Assembly (NCBI GenBank): GCA_018813505.1 | Contig: JAHJBM010000011.1 | Coordinates: forward strand, 1 to 55,620 | DNA: 55,620 nt | Origin: Candidatus Micrarchaeota archaeon | GTDB taxonomy: Archaea; Micrarchaeota; Micrarchaeia; Anstonellales; Bilamarchaeaceae | Direction: 5' to 3' | In this document: one piece after another, positions 29,541-39,763 of the stretch | How the letters are laid out: every line of letters begins with the position of its first letter | How positions within the stretch are numbered: position 1 is the stretch's first letter | Notes under the pieces: generated by a model | Databases searched by the model: none | The model's input: the letters and a program-made list of their open reading frames with translations, nothing else | What the model was told of the DNA's origin: nothing | Made by a program: the position numbers and the translations under genes

Positions 29541-30980
29541 TTATGGACAATGATTTTCATCTTCCAGAGTTTCAGTATCAAATCCAAAATTACCTACAAA
29601 ATATTCTGTAAGGTCTGATCCATACACATCCGACATCGTGGTTTTTATGAAATATCCGCTTTCTCTGTTACAATTAGTATTATCATCTTCCATTGTTTGC
29701 AAAAGTTCTTGAAAAAATCCTGGCTGTTCCTGCTCAAGCATATGGAATGCGCATGCCGCACTGTCATATGCCGGCATATTCTCTCCATGCAAATCTACGA
29801 TAGAAACAAACTCCTCGCTGCAGTCTATCTCATCATTTATCGTTTTTGTTGTGTATTGTGCTATTCCTTCCTCTGCCCAGTATGGTTTTTTCAAATAGAG
29901 TTGCACATGATGTGCCATTTCATGCGGTATTGCAGTATTCCACATATCTGCTATCTGTGGATTATCTATATTATCAGTCCAAGGGTAGCATACTGTCCAG
30001 ATTCCATTTGAACTGCCTAACCAATCGCCATATCCTTGTTCAAGGATTGTATTGAATGTAAAATCTGTTGTATCTGAATATGGTTCAACCTCAAGTATTT
30101 CCATTACCTGTGGGTAATACTCCTGCATGCTGTCCATTGCAATTTCTGCACATTCTTCATCTCCATCGTAATATTTGACTGTGAATCTTCCTTCACTCAT
30201 TTCATTTCGTGTTCCTAAATCTGATAGTGTAATCTTCCCAACATTCCATTCTCCAGATGATAATTCTTTTGGTGTTTCATCATAATCATAGATAAATTCG
30301 TCTATGTATCCTTCTTTGTAAATCGTCAAGAAAAAATAGTATGGTGGTTCTCCTAATCTATAGCCTAATTCTCCTTCTGTTATATCTGAATCTGAAAAAT
30401 AGAAACTTCCATCTGCCGTTGTTTTTTCATCAAGAATATACATTCTATAAATTTTTCCGTTACTTACGCTTTGGCTAGTCAACTGGACTGTGGCTCCGGA
30501 AATTCCAGAACCAGTTGAATCAACTACTTCTCCTTTTATTGAAATTGAACCAGATTCTGAAGGTTCTAAGATGCAATAGTTGTTTATACACTCATATCCT
30601 TCATCACATTTTGGATTTGCATACTGACATCCTTTTTTCAAAACACAATCATTATTTATGCAATTATACTCAGAGTCGCATCTTGGATTATTATACTGAC
30701 AACCTTTCTTCAAAATACATTCGTTGCCAATACAATTATAATCGTGATCACATGCAGGATTATCATAGTCACAACCTTGTTTTAGAATACAAGAATTGCT
30801 GATGCAATCATACTTAGCGTCACATACCGGATCACAACCTTCTTCTATAATCGAAGTATTGTTATCATCTACTACTGAATTTGTCGTTGTATTTTGTTCT
30901 GGACCGTGTGTATCGTCTGAGATACAACCAAATAAAAAAAGCAAAATCACGAAACAAGATAGATACTTTATTGAGTTCAT
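29541..30980 (-). CDS. lipoprotein with Cys-rich repeats, a prealbumin-like domain and a gluzincin (HEXXH) peptidase domain
   Basis: Lipobox LFGC; three to four 24-aa CILKKGCQYxNPxC repeats; GEVVDSTGSGISGATV; PHEMAHH...WAEEGIAQY. Confidence 0.8.
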   Translation of the reverse strand: MNSIKYLSCFVILLFLFGCISDDTHGPEQNTTTNSVVDDNNTSIIEEGCDPVCDAKYDCISNSCILKQGCDYDNPACDHDYNCIGNECILKKGCQYNNPRCDSEYNCINNDCVLKKGCQYANPKCDEGYECINNYCILEPSESGSISIKGEVVDSTGSGISGATVQLTSQSVSNGKIYRMYILDEKTTADGSFYFSDSDITEGELGYRLGEPPYYFFLTIYKEGYIDEFIYDYDETPKELSSGEWNVGKITLSDLGTRNEMSEGRFTVKYYDGDEECAEIAMDSMQEYYPQVMEILEVEPYSDTTDFTFNTILEQGYGDWLGSSNGIWTVCYPWTDNIDNPQIADMWNTAIPHEMAHHVQLYLKKPYWAEEGIAQYTTKTINDEIDCSEEFVSIVDLHGENMPAYDSAACAFHMLEQEQPGFFQELLQTMEDDNTNCNRESGYFIKTTMSDVYGSDLTEYFVGNFGFDTETLEDENHCP

Positions 30981-31079
30981 AACTTAGGTTTGCTCCTTTT
31001 ATTAATAAAACCTATGCAGTTAGTTTGCAATCCCATATTATCTTGGATTTTTAATTGTATTCTGACATATTGGTAAATC

Positions 31080-32501
31080 ATGAAAGAGGTTAATCATAAT
31101 TCTGGACCCCACTATACATGGCATCACACTTGGTCTAGAAATTATGGTGTGCAATATGGAGAGTTACTGCTTACTTCAATGACTACAAAATGCAATGGTG
31201 CAGCTTCAATACTAAAACATCATCTTCTATATCCGGATAATAAAAACATAGGACATTTTATTCGTGGCGATGACTGGGACAAATTTGTTGTTGCTATGGA
31301 AATCATATTATCCGATGAGGTTCTAATCGACAAGGAAATTTCATTATGCAAATCCTCTGCCAAAGATTATATTGATTTTGGAAAGATGCTCAGCAAAGTC
31401 GATCTCAAAAACTGTAGCAACCTGGAACTTCTTACGCATTACAATAGCTTACTGGAAAAATGGACGCGCTACACCGTATATCTCTGGTCATTCTTTATCC
31501 TAAATGAAATTCTTTGCCCAAAATCAGAGCGTTTTCTCCAAGAAAAACGAATCCAGTTCGATTCTGAAGAAAAGTTCGATGATTTTGTCAAATATTTTAC
31601 AAGTCCAATAGAAAAATCATCCATTCTCAAGCTTAATCACGAGTTGCGGGAAGTAAAAAATAGTTTTTCTGAGACAAAACTCAAGGCCATTTGCAAAAGA
31701 TATCTTTGGGTTCCCTGCCTTGACATCCATCTTCTGCCATGGGATGAAAATCATCTGATGGAGTATTTTGAAACACATGATTTTGCCGAAGTATCAACTC
31801 CTGATAGTTCAATACTTGATAAATTAAATCTGACTGATAAAGAACTCAAATTCATTTCGATCAACAGAAAAATGACCTATATGAAAGATCTAAGGGATGA
31901 ATATCGCCGCAAGGGAGTTTACTATTCGCAAAAGCTGTTCTTGGAACTGGCAACAAGAATGGGCATTGATCTAACCGACACGTCATTTCTTACAATCAAA
32001 GAAATCACCGATTTCCTGACAAAAAACACGCCTCCCGATAAAACTCTCATCGCTGAAAGAAGATCAAATGGCTTCATGATATTTGAAAAAAACGATCAGA
32101 TCTGCTGCGTTTGCGGTTCTGATGAAATAGCTTTATCCTGCAAGGAATTCGGTTTCACAAAATCAAATCGAGCCATGACAACTCAAGAGATATCTGGCAT
32201 AATCGGGTCAAAAGGAAAAGCCACTGGAACCGTAAAAATCATTGTCACCGAAGACGATCTTCACAAGATTTCAAAAGGGGATGTTATTGTAGCGCTTACT
32301 ACAAACCCTGCTTACACCCCTGCAATGGCAAAGGCCGTTGCATTCGTAACTGATCAGGGCGGCATTACGTGCCATGCAGCAATAGTCGCAAGGGAAATGA
32401 AAAAACCGTGTATCATAGGTACGCAAAATGCAACATCGATTTTGAAAGACGGCGATCTGGTCGAAGTGGATGCAGATAATGGAAAAGTAAGAAAGTTATG
32501 A
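31080..32501 (+). CDS. PEP-utilizing enzyme mobile (His-swivel) domain protein
   Basis: C-terminal GDVIVALTTNP...VTDQGGITCHAAIVAREMKKPCIIGT...VEVDADNG; N-terminal 360 aa is helical and unassigned. Confidence 0.85.
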   Translation: MKEVNHNSGPHYTWHHTWSRNYGVQYGELLLTSMTTKCNGAASILKHHLLYPDNKNIGHFIRGDDWDKFVVAMEIILSDEVLIDKEISLCKSSAKDYIDFGKMLSKVDLKNCSNLELLTHYNSLLEKWTRYTVYLWSFFILNEILCPKSERFLQEKRIQFDSEEKFDDFVKYFTSPIEKSSILKLNHELREVKNSFSETKLKAICKRYLWVPCLDIHLLPWDENHLMEYFETHDFAEVSTPDSSILDKLNLTDKELKFISINRKMTYMKDLRDEYRRKGVYYSQKLFLELATRMGIDLTDTSFLTIKEITDFLTKNTPPDKTLIAERRSNGFMIFEKNDQICCVCGSDEIALSCKEFGFTKSNRAMTTQEISGIIGSKGKATGTVKIIVTEDDLHKISKGDVIVALTTNPAYTPAMAKAVAFVTDQGGITCHAAIVAREMKKPCIIGTQNATSILKDGDLVEVDADNGKVRKL

Positions 32502-32521
32502 ATATTATAAAATACCAGTCA

Positions 32522-33964
32522 TTACTTTTGTTTTCTCACACGCTCAAGTATTTTACTGTCAGTAATCGCAGGTCCAGAAACAGAAAGTACTTTTTCCAGA
32601 TCATTTTTTTCCATGAGCCTTTTCTGCAACACCAATTCCTTTATCGGAATGCCATTTTTTTGCGATTCTGTGACCAGCTTTGATACGAGCGAATATCCAA
32701 GATATGGATTAAGAGCAGTTGCCTGTGCAAATGTCCCTTCAAGCAATGATTTAGTTCTCTCTTCATCCACTTCCATTCCTTCAATACATTCCTCTCTAAA
32801 CAAGCGTGTGCCATTGGTAAGAAGCACAAGCGACTGGAGCAGATTGTGTGCTATTATAGGTGCGCCAAAGTTCAGTTCAAGTTGTCCAGACTGTGCCGCG
32901 AGTTCTATTGTTCTGTCATTGCCACAAACCTGCCAGCATATCATATTCACTGCTTCGGGAATTGACGGATTTACTTTTCCTGGCATTATTGAAGAACCTG
33001 GTTCAATCGCTGGTAGTTTTATCTCTGTAATTCCAGCATTTGGTCCTGATCCAAGCAATCTCAAATCATTCGCAATTCGATTCAGTGTGCTTGCATAATT
33101 TCTCATAACACCGCTTACAAAAAGCAAATCATTCATGCTCTGTGTTTTTTCTACCGGATCTTTTGCAGGAACATACCATTCGCCTTCAATGCCAGTATCA
33201 TTATTATTTTCGATTTTATTTATCTCAGCGACAATTGTTTTGCGAAATTCCGGGTGTGCAGTTATTCCTGTACCTGTTGCAGTACCGCCAATTCCAAGTT
33301 CACGTGCCTTTTCAAGCGAGCGCTCAAGATTTGTTGTTTCAGAATCTATCGCTTCTGCATAAGCGCCAAACATCTGCCCATATGTCATTGGTACAGCATC
33401 CATCAAATGCGTTCTACCACATTTCATTGTTTTTGAATATCTGTCAGCTTTTTTTCTGAATTCATTTTCTAATAGTTCCATTTCGATTGCAAGTTTTTTG
33501 GACAGCTTTACACATGCAATTCTTACTGCACTTGGCATCACATTGTTCGAGCTTTGGGACATGTTCACATGATTATTTGGATGAACTTTGTCATATTTTC
33601 CTTTTTCTCCGTCTAAAATCTCGTTTGCCCTGTTGGCAAGCACTTCATTCACGTTCATATGTGTCGGCGTGCCTGCACCTGCCTGGAATGCATCGATTAT
33701 AAACTGGTTATCGTATTTTCCTGCAAGGGCTTCATCAGCAGCCTTTGTTATGGCATCTGCTTTTCCGGCTTCCAGCATTCCGAGTTTTTTATTTGCAAGT
33801 GCGGCAGCCTTCTTAATCACAATAACTGCCCGAACGAATTCTGGATTTGCCATCTGTCCACTTAATTTGAATGTGGAACTTGCCCGTACAGTAAATATTC
33901 CATAATAAGCATCTTCAGGAACTTCCATCTCTCCCAAGAAGTCAGATTCTTTTCGTGTTTTCAT
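32522..33964 (-). CDS. aspA: aspartate ammonia-lyase / class II fumarase family protein
   Basis: FQAGAGT, HPNNHVNMSQSSN, GRTHLMDAVP, GSSIMPGKVNP and GQLELN motifs; the aspA versus fumC assignment is not certain. Confidence 0.85.
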   Translation of the reverse strand: MKTRKESDFLGEMEVPEDAYYGIFTVRASSTFKLSGQMANPEFVRAVIVIKKAAALANKKLGMLEAGKADAITKAADEALAGKYDNQFIIDAFQAGAGTPTHMNVNEVLANRANEILDGEKGKYDKVHPNNHVNMSQSSNNVMPSAVRIACVKLSKKLAIEMELLENEFRKKADRYSKTMKCGRTHLMDAVPMTYGQMFGAYAEAIDSETTNLERSLEKARELGIGGTATGTGITAHPEFRKTIVAEINKIENNNDTGIEGEWYVPAKDPVEKTQSMNDLLFVSGVMRNYASTLNRIANDLRLLGSGPNAGITEIKLPAIEPGSSIMPGKVNPSIPEAVNMICWQVCGNDRTIELAAQSGQLELNFGAPIIAHNLLQSLVLLTNGTRLFREECIEGMEVDEERTKSLLEGTFAQATALNPYLGYSLVSKLVTESQKNGIPIKELVLQKRLMEKNDLEKVLSVSGPAITDSKILERVRKQK

Positions 33965-34073
33965 AAACAGCACCAATACTCTCGTTTGTTTATCTTATAT
34001 TATAAATTTATCAGAAATAATGTTTTTAGGGGTGAGCAAGAAATACTTATCTGCTAACTCTTTTCTTAATTCT

Positions 34074-34490
34074 CTATTCCACAATTTTTATATATTCATT
34101 TGCAATTTTTAAATTCTCATTTGCTTCAAACTCCGAGATCATGCCCTCTTCATCATATATCACTTCGTGTCGTTTTCTTCTAACTCTATCGAACATTTCA
34201 ATAAAATCGTCATATTTTCCTTCAAATGTTGCTTTTACGAATTCAACAACTATCTTATGTTGCTCTTCTTCTTGAGCACGATACCCATAAGAAAACATTA
34301 GTGCTCTGGAAATCTGTAGCATTGCATTATAAGAAACAATAAAAGATCAATCCAAATTTTCAGTGATTAATGTTTTGGCTACATTTAGATCTCTTTTAGC
34401 AAGTTCAATCAGGTTCTTGATTTGTTTTTTATCTATTGGTATCTCTCTAATTCTTCCTTTTTTCTTCAGTTCGTTCAAGTTCATACTCAT
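34074..34490 (-). pseudogene. HEPN-domain toxin interrupted by an in-frame TGA
   Basis: Reads MSMNLNELKKKGRIREIP...LAKRDLNVAKTLITENLD*SFIVSYNAMLQISRALM...RRKRHEVIY; the stop at 34347-34349 falls where Trp is typical (DW..I.YNAML). Confidence 0.8.
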
Positions 34491-35034
34491 TCCCCAAAAT
34501 GAATATTTTTTTCTTGTTCATTATGTTTTTTATAAATCCATGCCTTTTTTTCTCAAACTCATCCACAGTATAAATACTATATTGTATCTCTCTGCACAGT
34601 TTTCTTTCTATTTTTGATATTGTTTTGTTGATTATCCTAACGTTCGGATACCCTATTATCATCAAATCAATATCACTTTTTGGGCCAAACTTTTCTTCTG
34701 CATAAGACCCGAAGATGAATGCATATTCTATCCCATAAATACTCTTGAGCTGTTCTTGAAGTATTGATTCAATTCCCTCACTTTTCATTATTATGTTTTT
34801 GAATTCTTTGTAAAGCGTGAAATCTTTGTCAAGTTTATACTGGTGGATATTTGCTATTTTATTTTTTTTAAGAACTCCGATATCTCTTAATTTTTCAAGT
34901 TCGTTTCGTGCCTGATTTATGTTAATATTTAAAAGTCGTGAAACTTCTCTAATATGGTAACCATCATTCTCATTCAAATAAAACAATCTCAATATCGATG
35001 TCCTTGCTTTTGATCCGATAATTCTTTCAAGCAT
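34447..35034 (-). CDS. wHTH-fused minimal nucleotidyltransferase (MNT antitoxin)
   Basis: N-terminal HTH (YHIREVSRLL) and the IFGSYA...SDIDLMIIG polymerase-beta motif; overlaps the HEPN gene. Confidence 0.9.
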   Translation of the reverse strand: MLERIIGSKARTSILRLFYLNENDGYHIREVSRLLNININQARNELEKLRDIGVLKKNKIANIHQYKLDKDFTLYKEFKNIIMKSEGIESILQEQLKSIYGIEYAFIFGSYAEEKFGPKSDIDLMIIGYPNVRIINKTISKIERKLCREIQYSIYTVDEFEKKRHGFIKNIMNKKKIFILGNEYELERTEEKRKN

Positions 35035-35265
35035 GTATACTTATTATATACAATTGTTTAATAAATATAGTCAGCAACACTTTCGTTTTTTCTCGCGCGT
35101 ATGTCCATCACTATTTTTATTTCCAGCAACTATGGGGTATTTATATGTTCTACATGTAACTCAGAACCAGATTTTATCAGGAGTCTGGACATTTTTGGCT
35201 CTATATATACATAACTACCAAGGGCAATTTAAGAGAGCAAATCTAAAAATAAGTTGGTTGAGCAT

Positions 35266-37305
35266 ATGGAACTCATAGTTGCAGAAAAGCCAAGCGTTGC
35301 TGAAAAAATAGCGAATGCGATCGGGGACAATGTGAAAAAACAGCATCATAATGGTGTAGCATATTATGAAGCTACATGTGACGGCAATGAAGTTGTGATA
35401 GCACCTGCTGTTGGTCACATATATACATTAGTAGAACGGGAGAAATCTAGGTCATATCCAGCGTTTGATATAGAATGGGTGCCTGCCTATCAAGTTTCCA
35501 AAGCCGCCGAGTATACAAAAGGTTATGTTGAAACACTCCAAAAACTTGGAAAGAAAGCAGATATGTTTGTCTCTGCGTGTGATTATGATCTTGAAGGGTC
35601 TACTATTGCATATAATATCTTTAGGTATGCAACAACCATAAGAGAAGGACAAAGGATGAAATTTTCAGCACTTACAAAGACTGATCTTGTTGAAGCTTAT
35701 CACAATCGCGGTGATTTTGATTACAATAATGCATATGCGGGTGAAACCAGACATGTGGTCGATTGGTATTATGGTATAAATCTAAGTCGTGCTCTGATGT
35801 CTGCTCTTAACCGGGCACATAAATATCGTGTTCTTTCCATTGGACGGGTACAAGGGCCAGCATTATCTATTCTATCTGATCTTGAGCTTAAGATAAAGGC
35901 GTTTGTTCCTACTCCCTATTGGGAAGTCTCTACAAACATCAAAAATACTGAGTTCATGCATTCAAAGGGCAGGTTTTTGAAAGAGGGGGATGCAAAAAAA
36001 GCCATTGACAATACGTCTGATAGTGGTGAAATAACAAAAATCGAAAGAAAAGAACAGGAAATCCAACCTGGCCCGTGTTTTGATCTCACGAGTTTACAAG
36101 TCGAGGCATATAAACTTTTCAAATTCATACCCTCAAAAACACTTCAGCTTTCGCAGTCGTTGTACGAAGCAACCATGATCACATACCCTAGAACATCATC
36201 GCAAAAAATTCCATCGACAATAAAGATCACACCTATCGTCTCTGCTTTGGCGTCAATGGAAGAATACAAATCACTGGCAGAGAAGCTTATAGAGAACAAA
36301 TGGCTAAAGCCTATCCAGGGAAAGAAAGATGATCCGGCACACCCTGCAATTCATCCGACTGGTGTGGGTGGAAATCCCAGGGCAGATGAAAAAAAACTCT
36401 ATGATCTTATTGTAAGGCGATTCCTTTCATCATGTGCTCAACCTGCAATGCGGGAGCAGAATCGTGTCGAGGTCGATTCAAACGGGGAGTCATATTCAGT
36501 TTCAGGTAGTAGGATTATCGAAAAAGGGTGGACCGAATTTTATGGCAAATATTATACTACGGAAGATAAAGAGCTCCCGAAATTTGAGAAGGGGGAAGAA
36601 GTTGATATCAAGGACAAACAGAATATCAAGAAAGAGACCAAGCCGCCAAAAAGATACACTCAGGCATCAATAGTTTCAGAACTTGAAAAGCGCCATCTTG
36701 GTACAAAAGCCACAAGATCTGTGATTATCGAAACATTGTTCAAACGCGGTTATGTTGATGGCAAATCTATAGATGTTACTGACTTTGGTTTGAAAGTAAA
36801 GGACATTCTGATCAAATATGCGCCGGAAATTCTTGATGAGAATCTTACAAAAAAAATGGAAGATGACATCGAACTTGTGCAAGGTGGCAAAATAGAAAAG
36901 GATCAGGTAATCAAAGAAAGCAAAGAAATCCTGACACAAATACTTGATAAATGGAAATCAAACGAAGTGAAAATAGGTAAAGAACTTGCAGATGCATTAA
37001 TGGTTACCATACAACAGGAGAATATACTTGGTCCATGTGATAAATGTGACAATCAATTAAGGATGATAAAGATGAAAGCAGGTCGTCAATTTATCGGTTG
37101 TACTGGTTATCCTAAGTGTACTAACACCTATCCACTTCCGACGGGTGCATTGGTAAAAAAGGTTGAAAAACCCTGTTCTCAGTGTAACAAGCCAATGGTA
37201 AGCGTTATAAAAGGTAAAAGGAAATATTATACAATGTGCATTGATCCAAATTGCCCATCAAAAGCTAGCTGGAAGAAAAGTGATCCCAATGCGAAAAATA
37301 GCTGA
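35266..37305 (+). CDS. topA: DNA topoisomerase I (type IA, archaeal)
   Basis: IVAEKPS, GHI, ACDYDLEG, SIGRVQ, catalytic ITYPRT, LGTKATR and C-terminal C4 zinc fingers. Confidence 0.96.
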   Translation: MELIVAEKPSVAEKIANAIGDNVKKQHHNGVAYYEATCDGNEVVIAPAVGHIYTLVEREKSRSYPAFDIEWVPAYQVSKAAEYTKGYVETLQKLGKKADMFVSACDYDLEGSTIAYNIFRYATTIREGQRMKFSALTKTDLVEAYHNRGDFDYNNAYAGETRHVVDWYYGINLSRALMSALNRAHKYRVLSIGRVQGPALSILSDLELKIKAFVPTPYWEVSTNIKNTEFMHSKGRFLKEGDAKKAIDNTSDSGEITKIERKEQEIQPGPCFDLTSLQVEAYKLFKFIPSKTLQLSQSLYEATMITYPRTSSQKIPSTIKITPIVSALASMEEYKSLAEKLIENKWLKPIQGKKDDPAHPAIHPTGVGGNPRADEKKLYDLIVRRFLSSCAQPAMREQNRVEVDSNGESYSVSGSRIIEKGWTEFYGKYYTTEDKELPKFEKGEEVDIKDKQNIKKETKPPKRYTQASIVSELEKRHLGTKATRSVIIETLFKRGYVDGKSIDVTDFGLKVKDILIKYAPEILDENLTKKMEDDIELVQGGKIEKDQVIKESKEILTQILDKWKSNEVKIGKELADALMVTIQQENILGPCDKCDNQLRMIKMKAGRQFIGCTGYPKCTNTYPLPTGALVKKVEKPCSQCNKPMVSVIKGKRKYYTMCIDPNCPSKASWKKSDPNAKNS

Positions 37306-38527
37306 TTATGACGTTTCAGGCAAGAAAGTTCTTGTTAGGGTTGATTTTAATTGTCCTGTTGAAAATGGAATGATCTCCGGTGATACCCGTATACGGGCAC
37401 ATGCAAAAACAATCAAAGAACTGAGCGATCGCGGGGCGAAAGTCATTGTCCTTTCGCATCAGGGCAGAGTTGGGCGAGATGATTTTTTAAATTTGGAACA
37501 ACATGCCAAAGCATTACACCGTGTCCTTGGGAAAGATGTTCTATTTGTTGATGATATTGTTGGCAACAATGCCCAACATGCAATTTCGAAATTGAAAAAT
37601 GGGGAAATACTTGTTCTTGACAATGTTCGTTTGCTCAAGTGCGAAATCGAACATCCTGACGGTGATGGCGAAATCGTATATCATCTTTCAAAGATAACTG
37701 ACTATTTTGTACTTGATGCTCTTTCTGTTGCACACCGGAACCATTCAAGTGTGGTTGGTTTTTGCAGAAAAATGCCCTGTTTTGTCGGTGATATCATGGC
37801 TGCTGAGATAGATGCCGTTGACAAAGTGCGTCATGGTACTGATGTGACATTCATTCTTGGCGGTTCAAAAGTTGATGATTCATTCAAGATAATGAGTACC
37901 TGGCTTTCCAATGGTAAGGCCAAAGAGGTTCTTGTTGGTGGTGCACTTGCAGTATTGTTATTGCGTGCAAACGGATACAATGTTGGAGAATCGGAAAACT
38001 ATTTAAAAAATTCAAATCTTTCGGATAAAATACCAAAAGCAAAGGAACTGCTCGACAAATTCGATGGTAAGATCGTTCTTCCGATTGATGTTGGTCTTTC
38101 TATACGGACAGAAAATCCTACAGATGGGAGCTCAATTATCACAAGGGAAGATGTTCTAATTTCAAACATAAACAAAGGGCAGATATGGGATGTGGGTGAT
38201 GCCACAATCAAAAAATGCCATGATATAATAAACAACTCACATTACATTGTTATGAATGGGCCACTTGGCGTATATGAGATCGATGATTTTGCAAGAGGGA
38301 CAAAAAAGATTCTCGAATCAATAGCAAACTGCGATGCATTTTCCTTGATTGGTGGCGGGCATACAATAACTGCTATTGATAAGTTCGGTATAAATTCGAA
38401 TCATTTTAGTTATGTGAGTCTCTCGGGTAAAGCGCTTATAAAATATATATGTGGCGAAGAACTTTGTGGTATCACGGCTCTTGAAGAAAACGAAAAGAAG
38501 TTTCCTATCTACAAATCAAATAAGTAA
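37289..38527 (+). CDS. pgk: phosphoglycerate kinase
   Basis: VLVRVDFNCP, SHQGR, AHRNHSS, LGGSK, NGPLGVYE and GGGHT motifs. Confidence 0.95.
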   Translation: MRKIADYDVSGKKVLVRVDFNCPVENGMISGDTRIRAHAKTIKELSDRGAKVIVLSHQGRVGRDDFLNLEQHAKALHRVLGKDVLFVDDIVGNNAQHAISKLKNGEILVLDNVRLLKCEIEHPDGDGEIVYHLSKITDYFVLDALSVAHRNHSSVVGFCRKMPCFVGDIMAAEIDAVDKVRHGTDVTFILGGSKVDDSFKIMSTWLSNGKAKEVLVGGALAVLLLRANGYNVGESENYLKNSNLSDKIPKAKELLDKFDGKIVLPIDVGLSIRTENPTDGSSIITREDVLISNINKGQIWDVGDATIKKCHDIINNSHYIVMNGPLGVYEIDDFARGTKKILESIANCDAFSLIGGGHTITAIDKFGINSNHFSYVSLSGKALIKYICGEELCGITALEENEKKFPIYKSNK

Positions 38528-38632
38528 TGAAATTATCCCTACTACATCTTTTTCTTCGAGGTTGAGTGTGGAACATTTATATATGCTCATGTGTTACACT
38601 CTTAAGTTTTCATTAATGTACTGGTGATTCTC

Positions 38633-39745
38633 ATGTCTCTTGACAAATCTCTTGTTGATAATCTAAGAAAGACCAATGGTTCTGGCAAAGTCATACTATC
38701 ACTGGAACAAAAAGGTTTTTGCGTTTCACTATTTGGGGATGGTACTACTACTGAAAGAGAGTTTCGTGATCCGGAAGAGCTTCTCAGTCTCATAAAACCT
38801 TCCTCGGTTTCATGGATAGATTACATTGTCGATGACCTAGCAAGGGATGCTCCGAATGTGGTTGCTTCATTGGGATTTGGCCCTCAAATCGCAGAAAGCC
38901 TGCTCAAAGGCCAGTCTCAGAGTGGTTACGAAGATTTTGACATTGAGATGGGCCTTCTTGTGCCTGTCATATACGCAAAAGGTTTTGAGGTTACCATTCA
39001 GCATCTTCTTGTACTTCTCAAGCGCGATGTCGTAGTTACAATCCATACCACTGAAGCTACTCGTTTCTTTAGGCTAAGGCGTTACGGAAAAATATTCATG
39101 AAGAAAATATCACGCAAAAAAACAAAGCGTGATAAGATAACTCATATTCTAATTCGGCTTCTTGATGAAAATAACAGCAGAAACTTTGACTCACTGCGTG
39201 GTATAGAGAAATGTGCTGATGTTGTGAGCGAGAAACTATCTAATTCAGAAACCCCACGAGATGAAATAGGGAAAGAAATTCATGCAATGAAACACGCACT
39301 TATGGTTTATCTTAATGGATTATGGCAGACTATTGATGTGCTGAACACATTGCGTTATGGCGATCCGGAATTGCTCAGCGATAACAGGAGGCTTCTTGAG
39401 CGCATAGGTTCGCTTGTAATAGAAACAAATTATCAGGTGGAGCTTGCAGAGCACATGAGTCAGGTGCTTGCCAGCGGGCTTGAAGTGATGCAGAGTATCT
39501 ACAATAACCAACTCCAGATCCTGAACAATAAGCTTGCGCTTATAGTTACCTATCTTACGGTGCTTGGTACTGCGGTTCTGGTTCCAAATACCATTGCCAC
39601 TATTTTTGGCGTGCCATTTTGGTCTTTTGGTCCAGAATTTGTCAATACCTATCTGGTAATTATCGTTGCTTCTACAATACTCTCAATTGTCATTTCATAT
39701 GGCTGGGTAAAAAGTACTGGACTACTGCCAAAAAGGGCAGATTGA
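38633..39745 (+). CDS. CorA-family divalent cation transporter
   Basis: CorA alpha/beta funnel, long stalk (QSIYNNQLQILNNKL) and two C-terminal TM helices; the GMN motif is replaced by GVP. Confidence 0.8.
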   Translation: MSLDKSLVDNLRKTNGSGKVILSLEQKGFCVSLFGDGTTTEREFRDPEELLSLIKPSSVSWIDYIVDDLARDAPNVVASLGFGPQIAESLLKGQSQSGYEDFDIEMGLLVPVIYAKGFEVTIQHLLVLLKRDVVVTIHTTEATRFFRLRRYGKIFMKKISRKKTKRDKITHILIRLLDENNSRNFDSLRGIEKCADVVSEKLSNSETPRDEIGKEIHAMKHALMVYLNGLWQTIDVLNTLRYGDPELLSDNRRLLERIGSLVIETNYQVELAEHMSQVLASGLEVMQSIYNNQLQILNNKLALIVTYLTVLGTAVLVPNTIATIFGVPFWSFGPEFVNTYLVIIVASTILSIVISYGWVKSTGLLPKRAD

Positions 39746-39763
39746 TTTTATTTTGGGATCTCA

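Noticed and set aside
34347..34349. UGA recoding (Trp or selenocysteine) or an alternative genetic code
   Set aside because: Several intact genes end in TGA (rio1, both permeases, the HGSNAT-like gene) and Trp is encoded by TGG throughout; the position is not a Cys site
37241..37305. Long topA/pgk overlap implied by the ORF track
   Set aside because: PGK homology starts at ATG 37289, leaving an ordinary 17-bp overlap
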